Of a stretch of DNA of 64,000 nt, positions 37,376 through 47,110 are shown one piece after another. Numbering within the stretch: the stretch's first letter is position 1; each line of letters starts with the position of its first letter. The position numbers were made by a program, and so were the translations under genes. A model generated the notes under the pieces. The model ran no database searches and was not told the DNA's origin. It was given only the letters and a program-made list of their open reading frames with translations. Source of the stretch: a virus. The stretch lies in the IMG/VR virus record IMGVR_UViG_3300047284_000516, positions 15,895 to 79,894 of that record; one strand, written 5' to 3'.

Positions 37376-38121
37376 TCAATATCATCCTCACATATTATAA
37401 TGAACCTCACTTCCTTAAGTGGTGGCATTATAAAATAAATCAGTATAACGAGCATGTTCCAAACAGCTGTATGCTGACAATTGTTGATGATGGATCTATG
37501 GAGCAGCCTGCATCTAATTTCTTCAACAATGTATCCAAAGCCCATTGCAGTCTCTATCGAATCACCGAAGATATAGGCTTTAATAGCCATGGAGCTCGTA
37601 ACCTCGCTATGAGATTGACTGATACCAAATGGAACTTCCTATCTGATATTGATAGACGGTATTATGATGAATCAATGTATGATATCTTTCGCAAAGTGAA
37701 GGAGGATTCCCTCGATCCATCCATCTACTATCGTTTCGTTCCAGTTAATGAAAGGTGGCCCACATCTATTAACGACTTTATTGTAGCTAAGGAATTATTT
37801 TGGAAGACTGGTGGGTATGATGAGGAGTTTGCCAATTGTCATTGGGGAGATAGATTATTTTTTGAGAATTTAGATCAATTTGCACAGCCATCTTTGGATC
37901 AAAAATGGGTTATCAAATATATGAGGAATGCGAGACACGTGGAGTATTCAGATACATTTAAGACTCTATATCCAGACGATAATACTCTTATTCATCCTAA
38001 TGTATGGAAAAATGATAGGTTAAGAACTGGTTTAGTAAACTATGTTTCTGAGAGAAATAAATACGAGCACATGAGACAAAGAAAACCCATTATCCAATAC
38101 TCTTGGGAAAGAATATTCTAG
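37372..38121 (+). CDS. GT2/GT7-like glycosyltransferase
   Basis: IVDDGS, GARNL, SDID, GGYDEEF...WGD. Confidence 0.78.
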   Translation: MINIILTYYNEPHFLKWWHYKINQYNEHVPNSCMLTIVDDGSMEQPASNFFNNVSKAHCSLYRITEDIGFNSHGARNLAMRLTDTKWNFLSDIDRRYYDESMYDIFRKVKEDSLDPSIYYRFVPVNERWPTSINDFIVAKELFWKTGGYDEEFANCHWGDRLFFENLDQFAQPSLDQKWVIKYMRNARHVEYSDTFKTLYPDDNTLIHPNVWKNDRLRTGLVNYVSERNKYEHMRQRKPIIQYSWERIF

Positions 38122-39882
38122 ATGTACTTAGAAGAAAAACTAACACCAGAATCCAAACTCACCCACCTCGAGCATGTTGAGGATCACTTCTTGAATAGTG
38201 GCCATAGCGGCTATCATCATGGGGTTAACAACCTACAATCGGTTAAGGATCACCTTCAAGGTAAGCAATCAGCTGCAACCATCTCAACGAAATACGATGG
38301 TAGTCCTTCTATAGTTTTTGGTCGTCATCCAGATACTGGTAGATTTTTTGTTGGATCCAAATCTGTGTTTAATGTGGAACCTAAAATCAACTACAGTGAA
38401 GAGGATATTGACAGAAATCATGGCCATGCCCCTGGATTAGCACAAAAGCTGAAACATGCTCTTAGACATCTACCAAAAGTAACCCCGCCCACTGGAGTGT
38501 TCCAGGGGGATGTGATGTATTCGAGAGAAAAGGAAGGAGATGATGTTACTGAAAAGGATGGAAAATATCACTTCACTCCAAATACCATCACATACTCAAC
38601 AGATAAAAATTCCGAACATGGTAAGGCTATCAAAAAAGCTAAATTTGGTGTTGTGGTGCATACGGCCTATAAGGGTAAAAGTTTTGATAAGTTGGAGGCG
38701 GAATATAATCCAGAGATTCGAGATTTCCAATCGCATCCAGATGTTCATGTCATTTCGTCAGCGTTCAAACCATCGAAAAAGCTTTCTCCTCAAAAGTCAA
38801 AACAAGTTGAATCGCATATTGCCGAGGCTGATAAAGCAATAGGGAAGTTTGATGTAAATCCACATCCGAGCGTCTCAGATCATCACAGCGACCTCAAATC
38901 ATATATCAATCAGCAGATTGTTGCTAGTGCAAAGCCAACAGTAGAAGGCTACAAGAAGTGGGCCACTGACAAAGCGATCAAAGAGGCTTCAAAGGTCAAG
39001 ACTCCAGCAGTAAAGGCTGCAAAGTTGGCAAAGCATCAAACAAGAATGAATGTTGTGGATCAGAACAGAGGACACTTTCAAGCTGCCATTGATACTCACC
39101 ATCATCTCCAACAAGCAAAGGGGATTTTGGTCGATCATATGTCTTCATCTTCAGAGTTTGAAACATCAGTGAATGGTAAAAAAGTAAAACCAGAGGGCTT
39201 TGTTAGTGTTATTAACAATAGACCAACCAAGCTCGTGGATAGGGAAGAGTTTAGTAGAACTAACGCTTTGATATCAAAGAATAGAAAAGAGCAAGCCCCA
39301 GAAGAGACAAGAAAGGGAAGGCATATTACGATCAGCTACGGTCGGATGAATCCCCCACATACAGGTCATCAGCTTCTTGCAAAGAAATTAATCGACAATG
39401 CTAATGAAGAGGGCGGAGATCATCTTCTCGTTCTTTCTCACTCAACTGATCCCAAAAAGAATCCACTAACTCCTGAACAGAAGCTAAAGCACGCAAAGAG
39501 ACTGTTCCCGGAAAACAATATCAAGGTATCGGACAGTAATAGTCCTACTCTTCTCCATCATCTAGCAAATCTGCATGCAAAAGGATATGAACATGCTACT
39601 GTGGTAGCTGGATCCGATAGAGTACCAGAGTTCGAAAAGCTAGTTAATAAATACAATGGAGTGAAGGGATCGCATGGATTCTACAACTTCAAAACAATCA
39701 AGATTGCTAGCAGTGGAGAAAGAGATCCAGATTCAGATGAAGCAGAAGGTAACTCTGCTTCTAAGATGAGAGGGCATGTCACAAATAATGACTTCCCCAA
39801 GTTCAAAAAAGGTTTACCTTCCCACGTATCAGATCAACACGCTAAAGAACTTTATAATGATGTAAAGAATGGCATGAAGTAA
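38122..39882 (+). CDS. Conserved T4-like protein with C-terminal cytidylyltransferase-like (HIGH) domain
   Basis: HLEHVED, KYDGSPS, PEGFV, KLVDREEFS N-domain; GRMNPPHTGH, VAGSDRV, SASKMR C-domain; ATAAATA upstream. Confidence 0.75.
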   Translation: MYLEEKLTPESKLTHLEHVEDHFLNSGHSGYHHGVNNLQSVKDHLQGKQSAATISTKYDGSPSIVFGRHPDTGRFFVGSKSVFNVEPKINYSEEDIDRNHGHAPGLAQKLKHALRHLPKVTPPTGVFQGDVMYSREKEGDDVTEKDGKYHFTPNTITYSTDKNSEHGKAIKKAKFGVVVHTAYKGKSFDKLEAEYNPEIRDFQSHPDVHVISSAFKPSKKLSPQKSKQVESHIAEADKAIGKFDVNPHPSVSDHHSDLKSYINQQIVASAKPTVEGYKKWATDKAIKEASKVKTPAVKAAKLAKHQTRMNVVDQNRGHFQAAIDTHHHLQQAKGILVDHMSSSSEFETSVNGKKVKPEGFVSVINNRPTKLVDREEFSRTNALISKNRKEQAPEETRKGRHITISYGRMNPPHTGHQLLAKKLIDNANEEGGDHLLVLSHSTDPKKNPLTPEQKLKHAKRLFPENNIKVSDSNSPTLLHHLANLHAKGYEHATVVAGSDRVPEFEKLVNKYNGVKGSHGFYNFKTIKIASSGERDPDSDEAEGNSASKMRGHVTNNDFPKFKKGLPSHVSDQHAKELYNDVKNGMK

Positions 39883-39893
39883 TTGGAGATTTA

Positions 39894-41561
39894 ATGAATT
39901 ATGCAAATGTGACGTGGGGGAATTCTCACCGTTTCCCTAACTATATTGGTAGATCCTATCCCCCCTTAAAAGATACAGACTTCACTCTGGCATTTTATGG
40001 AAGCCATAATGCCTCCTTTACAATTGCAAAGGGTGGTCAGATTTTAGAGGTACTGGAGTTCGAGCGCTTTATTAACTACAAAAATGCTGGTGCTGCCCAG
40101 TATAAAACCCCATTACAGGAAAATATTATTCCTCTTGTAGATGGTGTGCAGAAATACTTTGAAAACAAGTACCAAGCCTTTACATACAAATATGTTCTCT
40201 ATCAAAATACTTCCGTAATTATAGATGGTATTGTGGTGGATGTACATAATATATTTCCTACATCCCATTATATCGACTGTCTCCACCACTACTCCCATGC
40301 AGCAGGATGTTTCTATCAATCACCCTTCGAAGCTGCTCTTACGATCACTAGCGATGGAGGTGGAAATGATGGGGTGTTTAATGTGTTTTATTGTGAACGC
40401 GGTGAAGAACCTAAGTTCATAACTGAATATCCATTAGACCTAGGTTTCCCATACATGAGCTTTGGTGAATACTTGGGGGACATCAAGAGGGAATCCACTC
40501 TTGCTGATGGTAATCTCGTATATTCTGGTAAAATCATGGGTCTTGTATCATATGGTAAAGTTAGAGAGGAGTGGGTTGAACCCATGAAGAAATATTATCT
40601 CTCGCTTCCAAGTGGAGAGACATATGCAGATTTAATCCAGCTGCTTGGTAAGCAGATGGGAATAGTATTTGATACTGAGAATAGATTATCTGGCCGAACA
40701 GCTTACGATGTTGCCGCTACATCACAGTTTGTGTTCGAAACTATTTTGTTTGAATGTATTGATCAGCATGTAGAAGGATATCCTAATCTTCCCCTATGCT
40801 TTGCTGGGGGTTGTGCTCTCAATATTCTAGCAAATACCGCAATGTCAACTAGATATGGTAGAGAGGTATTTGTTGGACCTAACCCCAATGATTGTGGTCT
40901 TTCGTTGGGAATGATGCTAAGTGTCCTAAAACCAGAACAACCCTTTAATGCAACCTACAGTGGCCCCATGTTATTTGATACTCAGATGCTGCCCTACTAT
41001 ATCCACGAACGACCCTATACTCTTCAAAATCTCAATGTTGAATATCTTGCAGAAAAGATTGCTGACGGTAAAATAGTGGGAGTAGCTAGAGGTCGTGCTG
41101 AGCATGGACCAAGAGCTCTGGGTAATAGAAGTATTCTTTGTAATCCTGCTATAGCAGATATGAAAGACATTCTTAATAAGAAAATAAAAAATAGGGAATG
41201 GTATAGACCGTTTGCTCCGGTAGTTCGTATTGAGGATGTCAGTAAGTATTTTGAATGGGATAAGGAATGTAAATGGATGTCATTTGCTCCAATGGTCAGA
41301 GAGGAATATAGGAACAAATTACCATCTATTACACATGTAGATGGTACTGCAAGAGTACAGACCGTCCGCAGAGAAGATAATCCTTTCCTCTATGATTTGA
41401 TAACTGCAGTAGGTAATCGTACGGGTTACTATGTCCTCTTAAATACCTCCTTTAACGTTGATGGCAAACCTATCCTTTCCACCATAAAAGATGCATTAAC
41501 TATTTTTGATAACAAGGAAATGGATGTGTTGGTGATAGAGGATCAGCTGATCAGTAAATAA
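39894..41561 (+). CDS. Carbamoyltransferase (NodU/CmcH family), full length
   Basis: HHYSHA, DGGG, GKIMGL, GGCALN, EHGPRALGNRS, RE.YRPFAP, HVDGTAR.QTV, LNTSFN. Confidence 0.93.
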   Translation: MNYANVTWGNSHRFPNYIGRSYPPLKDTDFTLAFYGSHNASFTIAKGGQILEVLEFERFINYKNAGAAQYKTPLQENIIPLVDGVQKYFENKYQAFTYKYVLYQNTSVIIDGIVVDVHNIFPTSHYIDCLHHYSHAAGCFYQSPFEAALTITSDGGGNDGVFNVFYCERGEEPKFITEYPLDLGFPYMSFGEYLGDIKRESTLADGNLVYSGKIMGLVSYGKVREEWVEPMKKYYLSLPSGETYADLIQLLGKQMGIVFDTENRLSGRTAYDVAATSQFVFETILFECIDQHVEGYPNLPLCFAGGCALNILANTAMSTRYGREVFVGPNPNDCGLSLGMMLSVLKPEQPFNATYSGPMLFDTQMLPYYIHERPYTLQNLNVEYLAEKIADGKIVGVARGRAEHGPRALGNRSILCNPAIADMKDILNKKIKNREWYRPFAPVVRIEDVSKYFEWDKECKWMSFAPMVREEYRNKLPSITHVDGTARVQTVRREDNPFLYDLITAVGNRTGYYVLLNTSFNVDGKPILSTIKDALTIFDNKEMDVLVIEDQLISK

Positions 41562-41562
41562 A

Positions 41563-42672
41563 ATGGCCATCAGATTACCTTCTGATATTCCATTTTTCTA
41601 TAGTCCATATTATTGGCCTCAAGAGCTTCCAAAGCCAGAGGCTAATAAATTCTATCTTGCTGTCAATGGTTGTCATAATGGTTCAATAGTAATAGCCAAA
41701 GGTAGTACAATTATTGAGCATCTAGAATTTGAAAGACTGCTGGGTATCAAAAACGTAGGTATAGCTGATTATCTTACCCCACCAAACAATCTCATCTTTC
41801 CTATATGGAAACGGATTATGCAGTTCCTCATGAACAAGCATAACATAGAGCTCTTTGATATCTGTTTCTATAATGCCACCTACAACATACTGACGGACAA
41901 GAAGCATTCAATACTTGATCTGATTCCCATTACACAAAGAATAGAGATACAGCATCACGTTGCTCATGCCATGGGTAGTCTCTACCAATCCCCATATAAT
42001 GAAGCTTTATGTGTCACAGCAGATGGAGGTGGTAATGATGGTATATTCTATGTGTACAGGTGCTCTAAAGGTCACAATCCAAAGATGATTGTAGGAAGTC
42101 CATTAGATTTAGGACTTACATATGCTGCACTGGCGCACTATCTAAAGGAAATAAAACAAAAAGATTGGTTGAACGGTAACTTAGAATATCCAGGTAAGTT
42201 GATGGGGTTAGCGGCATATGGTACTGTAGTACAGCAGTGGATCCCAGAAATTAGAAAGTATGTATGTAACAAACCGGGAATGAGAACATACTATGATTAT
42301 CACGTAATAGAGCAGCATATTGCGGAATTAGGAAAGCGGATAGGTATAACATTTGATAAAAACCGGAGAATAGAAGGTCAAATGTCATATGATCTAGCAG
42401 CTACATTTCAGCATGTATTGGAGCAAGTGTTCATGGAGATAATTTCTCCAATTGTAGAATATCATCAACTTCCTGTTTGCTTTTCAGGTGGGGTTGCATT
42501 AAACGTGTTACTAAATACGAAGCTAGCAAAGGTTTGTGATTTGTTTGTTGGACCAGCTCCTAACGATAGTGGGATAGCTCTTGGTGCAATGCTTCATTTC
42601 ATTAAACCTCTGGAACCGTTTGACGGAACCTATAGTACTCTCGATCTACTAGATGATTACTTTTATAAATAA
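41563..42672 (+). CDS. Carbamoyltransferase N-terminal (Kae1-like) domain only
   Basis: HHVAHA, DGGG, GKLMGLAAYG, SGGVALN, NDSGIALG; no C-terminal domain. Confidence 0.85.
   Translation: MAIRLPSDIPFFYSPYYWPQELPKPEANKFYLAVNGCHNGSIVIAKGSTIIEHLEFERLLGIKNVGIADYLTPPNNLIFPIWKRIMQFLMNKHNIELFDICFYNATYNILTDKKHSILDLIPITQRIEIQHHVAHAMGSLYQSPYNEALCVTADGGGNDGIFYVYRCSKGHNPKMIVGSPLDLGLTYAALAHYLKEIKQKDWLNGNLEYPGKLMGLAAYGTVVQQWIPEIRKYVCNKPGMRTYYDYHVIEQHIAELGKRIGITFDKNRRIEGQMSYDLAATFQHVLEQVFMEIISPIVEYHQLPVCFSGGVALNVLLNTKLAKVCDLFVGPAPNDSGIALGAMLHFIKPLEPFDGTYSTLDLLDDYFYK
42664..42671 (+). promoter_or_regulatory. T4-type late promoter
   Basis: Exact TATAAATA 40 nt before the ATG at 42712, at the start of a structural-type gene block. 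Confidence 0.75.
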
Positions 42673-42711
42673 AGTTGCAGTAAGGCTACGGTAAACCTGC
42701 ATGGAGAAAAC

Positions 42712-43743
42712 ATGGAGTCAACAGAAAAAAAAGTAGAACCTAAAAAGGTTGCTACCAAAAAGAAATCTACTAAGGATGATATCGTCCTTAACCCCACTTA
42801 CAAATCAGAACTTTCTTCTGTGAATGAGCGAGTACTGTCAGTAGTACAACGTCTTCAGAGAGCAAGAAGCTTGAAAAGAAGAGAGCCCATTCTCCTTCTT
42901 AAAAAGCAAATAGCAAAGTTCAGACCTCATACAAAAAAACAACTAAAATTAAAAGCTTCGCAGATTGCAAAGAGCGCAGTTAGAGCTCGCTTTGCAGGAT
43001 CGAGAGGTAAATCATACAGCACTCTTTCACTTGCTGATAGAGCAAGTGTTGATCGCCTAGTAGAGCCAAAAAAACAACTGGTAAGTCTTATCAAGCAACG
43101 CCTTGCTCCAAAACTCAGAGCTGCAGATATGAAGCGTCTATCTGCTGTACGATCTGGAAAACCAGCAAAAGGCATTAAAGCGTATATTAGCGGAACCATT
43201 AGTCAATCATATGAACCAAAGCTTCTGGATTCACTGTTTGAGAAATCAGAAGCTTCAGGAATTCCTTTTGAGTTTTTAGAAGAAGTATTCCTACGTGAAA
43301 TGTATTCGTCTAATGATCAGGAAGTAGCGTTCAACAGAGTAAACTCCTTCATTAGAATGGGCAAATCATATTTGGAAACAGATGTTGATCTGGCAGAAAA
43401 ACTAAGGGAGTTTACAGTTAAAGAAGAAGTGACGATAGAGAAACAATACTTCTTTGTCGAAGATGAGGAAATTGGAATGGCAGACTTCAATCAGTTCAGT
43501 GAAGCAACCTACCAAGGAAGAGAAGTATCTCTCAACAAACCTTCTGCTGGAGATGTAAAAAAATCTAAAGTATTTGTTCGTCATCCAGAAACTGGTAATG
43601 TTGTTAAAGTTAATTTTGGTGATAAGAATATGACGATTAAGAAGGACAATCCAGCAAGACGTAGATCGTTTAGAGCTCGCCACAACTGCGATAATCCTGG
43701 TCCCAAACATAAAGCACGGTATTGGTCGTGCAAGGCATGGTAA
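42712..43743 (+). CDS. Modular late protein (putative head/virion protein)
   Basis: Late promoter; basic module, AFNRVNSF module, and C-terminal FRARHNC...ARYWSCKAW module. Confidence 0.6.
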   Translation: MESTEKKVEPKKVATKKKSTKDDIVLNPTYKSELSSVNERVLSVVQRLQRARSLKRREPILLLKKQIAKFRPHTKKQLKLKASQIAKSAVRARFAGSRGKSYSTLSLADRASVDRLVEPKKQLVSLIKQRLAPKLRAADMKRLSAVRSGKPAKGIKAYISGTISQSYEPKLLDSLFEKSEASGIPFEFLEEVFLREMYSSNDQEVAFNRVNSFIRMGKSYLETDVDLAEKLREFTVKEEVTIEKQYFFVEDEEIGMADFNQFSEATYQGREVSLNKPSAGDVKKSKVFVRHPETGNVVKVNFGDKNMTIKKDNPARRRSFRARHNCDNPGPKHKARYWSCKAW

Positions 43744-43746
43744 AAA

Positions 43747-44133
43747 ATGGCTCAAAAACATATTCTTAAGCTAACGGAAACAGAAGCAGTATTGAAGTGC
43801 TACATTACCAACCCAGCTGGAGGTACTATTGATATTAGTCTGCAAACAGATCTAACTGGAGACGATGAGACGTTTATAGGTGATCCAATTGTAACAATTC
43901 AAGAAATATTTTGGGGTGCTAAGAAGGATAAGCAGATTGATCTCACTCGAATCGTTCCTTCTGATCCAACTGGAGTTCATGGTCACTATTATCTTACAAA
44001 TTCTGGATCCTATGATTTTGTAGGATTTGTGGATAGCACCTATGCTAGTAAAGACATCAGAATAATTGGCGATGGAGCATTCCATGTCATTATCAAGCTT
44101 CGTAAAGTTCAAGGTTGGTCACATAATAATTAA
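43747..44133 (+). CDS. Hypothetical late/virion protein
   Basis: Beta-rich ORF in the late block. Confidence 0.55.
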   Translation: MAQKHILKLTETEAVLKCYITNPAGGTIDISLQTDLTGDDETFIGDPIVTIQEIFWGAKKDKQIDLTRIVPSDPTGVHGHYYLTNSGSYDFVGFVDSTYASKDIRIIGDGAFHVIIKLRKVQGWSHNN

Positions 44134-44165
44134 CTCTAAATACTAAAACCACAAAGGAGAAGTAA

Positions 44166-45035
44166 ATGATCAAAGATATTCCCCCAGGTCTCGCTCACAC
44201 AGTTAGAGACATCCTCAAGCAATCTACCGAAAAGTTCTTAGAGCAAAAGGCCGATGAGCAAGCTCGTTTGGCTGCTATTAGAGAGGGTAAGGCTCACACT
44301 GTTCCTACAACCGACAAAGAAAAAAAACTAGCTGCGCTTGCTGAACCCAAAGATAAAATCACCCATGCTGATGTTATGGTTGGTCGTGGCGTTAAAAGGG
44401 AAGAAGTTGAAGAGCTTGATGAATTATCAAAAGATACATTAACAAATTATAAAGATAGAGCAACCAAAGTCGCAAAACAATTAAAATGGGCTGCTCATTA
44501 TAATTCTGGTGATGACTGGGAGGCAGCAGATAAATCGTATGATAAGCACCTCAAGCGTATGAAAGGTGTTAAAGCAGCAACAGCAAGACTTGCTAAAGAA
44601 GAAGTTGAAGAGATTGATGAAGCTGGTAACAAAATGTTCCCAGGTACACCAGAGTATGAGAAGAAGTTTGGTAAAGTTCCTCAGGAAATGAAAGCTGGCG
44701 AAAAGAAAAAGACATCTCAGGGTGAAATGAAGAAGACGGAGAAGGGTGTCCAGCATACACGTGCCTACGAAGAAGCAGAGGCTACTGAAGCTAATGTTGA
44801 GGAAGAGACCGATACACCAGGTAACTCGACACACCAATGCGCTGTTCATGTCAAACATGCAACATTTGGTGAAGGAAAGACACTATTCAGTCAGCATGCA
44901 GAACCCGATTGGAATGCTAATGGATATATTTCGTGGTACGATGTTATGTTTGAAGAGGGAATCAAGCGCGTAGAGACAACGGATCTGGACATCCTAGTCT
45001 CTGAATCGCACATGAGTCATAAGAAAAAGAAATAA
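44166..45035 (+). CDS. Charged modular protein (putative internal head protein)
   Basis: CTAAATA and SD upstream; modules separated by EEVEE(L/I)DE. Confidence 0.6.
   Translation: MIKDIPPGLAHTVRDILKQSTEKFLEQKADEQARLAAIREGKAHTVPTTDKEKKLAALAEPKDKITHADVMVGRGVKREEVEELDELSKDTLTNYKDRATKVAKQLKWAAHYNSGDDWEAADKSYDKHLKRMKGVKAATARLAKEEVEEIDEAGNKMFPGTPEYEKKFGKVPQEMKAGEKKKTSQGEMKKTEKGVQHTRAYEEAEATEANVEEETDTPGNSTHQCAVHVKHATFGEGKTLFSQHAEPDWNANGYISWYDVMFEEGIKRVETTDLDILVSESHMSHKKKK
44400..44621 (+). repeat. 24-bp in-frame direct repeat flanking a protein module
   Basis: GAAGAAGTTGAAGAG(C/A)TTGATGAA at 44400-44423 and 44598-44621, 198 nt apart. Confidence 0.8.
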
Positions 45036-45051
45036 AATTCAGGAGCTCTAA

Positions 45052-45735
45052 ATGAGTAAACCATTTGGGTACGAAAAGTTTGTAAAGAATTACCAAAAGA
45101 TCACTGGTAAGACGCCTGACCAGCGTGTGAAGGAGTTGGACGACTTTCAGAAAAAACTAGCCCAACAAAAAGCTGAGTTCGAAGCAAGACATGCTAAGAG
45201 TGAGCTTAAAGAATCCTATAATGATAATGACCTTTATTCTATCCATAAGGATACTAAAAAAGTAAAACATCTAGGCAACCCTTATCGTAACCCTGCTGCT
45301 AAGATGCACAAACAAAAACATGAAGCAGAAGGTCATAAGGTCGTAACTGGCAACGATCTTAACATGAAGAGAGTGTCATTTTCTGAAGAGAAGATGAAAG
45401 GTGAAGATCCTTGCTGGAAAGACTATGAGATGGTTGGCCACAAAATGAAGAACGGTAAGAAAGTTCCTAACTGTGTTCCAAAAGAGGAAACCTCGATGAT
45501 TAAATTTAAATCCCATCTAAAAATAGAAGAGGCTGTTAGTTCTATTGAAAAAGCATTGCAGGATACTCCAAAAGGTCTTGAAATACACATGAAGCACAAG
45601 GAGACAGGTAAGATACAAAAGACTACTTTCCTGGGTACCCATAGTGCTGTTAAGGCTGCACATGATCACATTAAGCAAATGGGCAAGAAGGGTTATGAGT
45701 TCCATTCTCATAAACTAATCGAAGAAGCAGAATAA
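45052..45735 (+). CDS. Charged modular protein (putative internal head protein)
   Basis: Modules delimited by LKE, FSEE, KEE, IEE; includes DPCWKDYEMVG.K.KNGKKVPNCVP. Confidence 0.6.
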   Translation: MSKPFGYEKFVKNYQKITGKTPDQRVKELDDFQKKLAQQKAEFEARHAKSELKESYNDNDLYSIHKDTKKVKHLGNPYRNPAAKMHKQKHEAEGHKVVTGNDLNMKRVSFSEEKMKGEDPCWKDYEMVGHKMKNGKKVPNCVPKEETSMIKFKSHLKIEEAVSSIEKALQDTPKGLEIHMKHKETGKIQKTTFLGTHSAVKAAHDHIKQMGKKGYEFHSHKLIEEAE

Positions 45736-45736
45736 A

Positions 45737-46054
45737 ATGCCAATAAAAGCGGGTAATGTCAAGGTTGGTACTAATAAGGAGCTGGAACATGAGCAGCCTC
45801 CTGAGCCAATCAATCGATCTAGTATAAGAGCTGGATCAATTGTTAGGAGAGCTCCCAAAGAAGTTGCTCCCCCTCCCGCTGAGCAGCCTCCAGTACCTCA
45901 ACCAACAATTAGACCTGGACCTCCTCCAAAACCTAAACGTGTGCGGAGCGTAGCAGCAGATCCTAGAGAGGCGGTATTGGTAGTGAACGGTAAACAAATG
46001 AAGATTGGTAAGAAATCTAAATACCTACTCGACATGCTTTCATTGGATGAATAA
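45737..46054 (+). CDS. Proline-rich late protein
   Basis: APPPAEQPPVPQPTIRPGPPPKPK tract. Confidence 0.55.
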   Translation: MPIKAGNVKVGTNKELEHEQPPEPINRSSIRAGSIVRRAPKEVAPPPAEQPPVPQPTIRPGPPPKPKRVRSVAADPREAVLVVNGKQMKIGKKSKYLLDMLSLDE

Positions 46055-46074
46055 CTTTTTAAAGGAGCAAAAAA

Positions 46075-46395
46075 ATGGCACTATGGGGTAAAAACGATCA
46101 ATACAGTGATGCACCTAAGTTTGTAGTAGATGCAGCTACTGGACAAGATGGACAGGATCAATTTGGTAACACAGTATTTGGTGTAGACACAACAGAAGCT
46201 GGTGTTACACCTGTTACCCATGCTGGATGGGTAAGACGGGTGGAAGGTACTGGAGGTCGTGCTGGTCGTATTCAGTATGAGACTCTCGTAGCTACTGGAA
46301 CTATTGCTGGGGATGCTACAGGTGGTGCAGGTAACACAACAGCTACAGCTAATAGCACTGGTACAGCTGACGATACATTATTCCCTGATTCCTAA
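46075..46395 (+). CDS. Putative virion structural protein
   Basis: MALWGKND start, HAGWV, GR...ETLVA; G/T/A-rich. Confidence 0.6.
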   Translation: MALWGKNDQYSDAPKFVVDAATGQDGQDQFGNTVFGVDTTEAGVTPVTHAGWVRRVEGTGGRAGRIQYETLVATGTIAGDATGGAGNTTATANSTGTADDTLFPDS

Positions 46396-46397
46396 TT

Positions 46398-46718
46398 ATG
46401 GCTGATAGAGCAAAAAAGATTTCTGAGCTTACGTCTCTGGCTGCTGCGGCTACTAATGATGTTGTAATCATTCTAGACTCGTCAGAGTCGGAGACTAAGT
46501 CTATATCTGTTGCTTCGTTGTTTGGCAGTGTCCCATCTAATACCACATTTGGTAACGCCGCTATCGTTTCTGCTAACACACTCGTTGTAAGAAACAAAAC
46601 AACCCCAGCAAATAATTCGGTTACTGTGACTGAGGGAACAATTTTTTATGATGAAAACTATCTCTATGTTGCAATAGCTAACAATACCATTAGACGAGTG
46701 GCACTGAGTACATTTTAA
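46398..46718 (+). CDS. Putative virion structural protein
   Basis: KKISELT; G.IFYDENYLYVA...RRVAL C-terminal motif. Confidence 0.55.
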   Translation: MADRAKKISELTSLAAAATNDVVIILDSSESETKSISVASLFGSVPSNTTFGNAAIVSANTLVVRNKTTPANNSVTVTEGTIFYDENYLYVAIANNTIRRVALSTF

Positions 46719-47110
46719 TGCACGACAAACTTGACGAAACAAATTTTTTATTGTATGCAGCAAAGCACTATGATAATCCTCAGTATTTTGATACTGTTGA
46801 GTTTTATGAAGACCTTAGCAGATTTAAATACATTAAGAGGTTATTAAACAAGTATGAGGAAACTGGGGATCTTAAGGAACGTTTAATTATTAATCATCTA
46901 GTGGTTTTATACAATGTGTTTGGTGCGGAGGCATGTACTCGTTTGCTTTTTCTTAAATTGAATGATCAGCTGCATCTGATAAAGCCCTTTTTGTTGATGA
47001 TGGGAACGCTTCCAAATGTAGTAAGAAATATAGGTTTAACTGGTAGTGACATAACAACAGATGATATAGTTTCAGATACAACCATAGAAGAGATACTAAG
47101 ACAATTATGA
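46718..47110 (+). CDS. Conserved T4-like hypothetical protein
   Basis: NFLLYAAKHYDNP, EF.EDL.RFKYIKRL, RLIINH...YNVFG. Confidence 0.7.
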   Translation: MHDKLDETNFLLYAAKHYDNPQYFDTVEFYEDLSRFKYIKRLLNKYEETGDLKERLIINHLVVLYNVFGAEACTRLLFLKLNDQLHLIKPFLLMMGTLPNVVRNIGLTGSDITTDDIVSDTTIEEILRQL

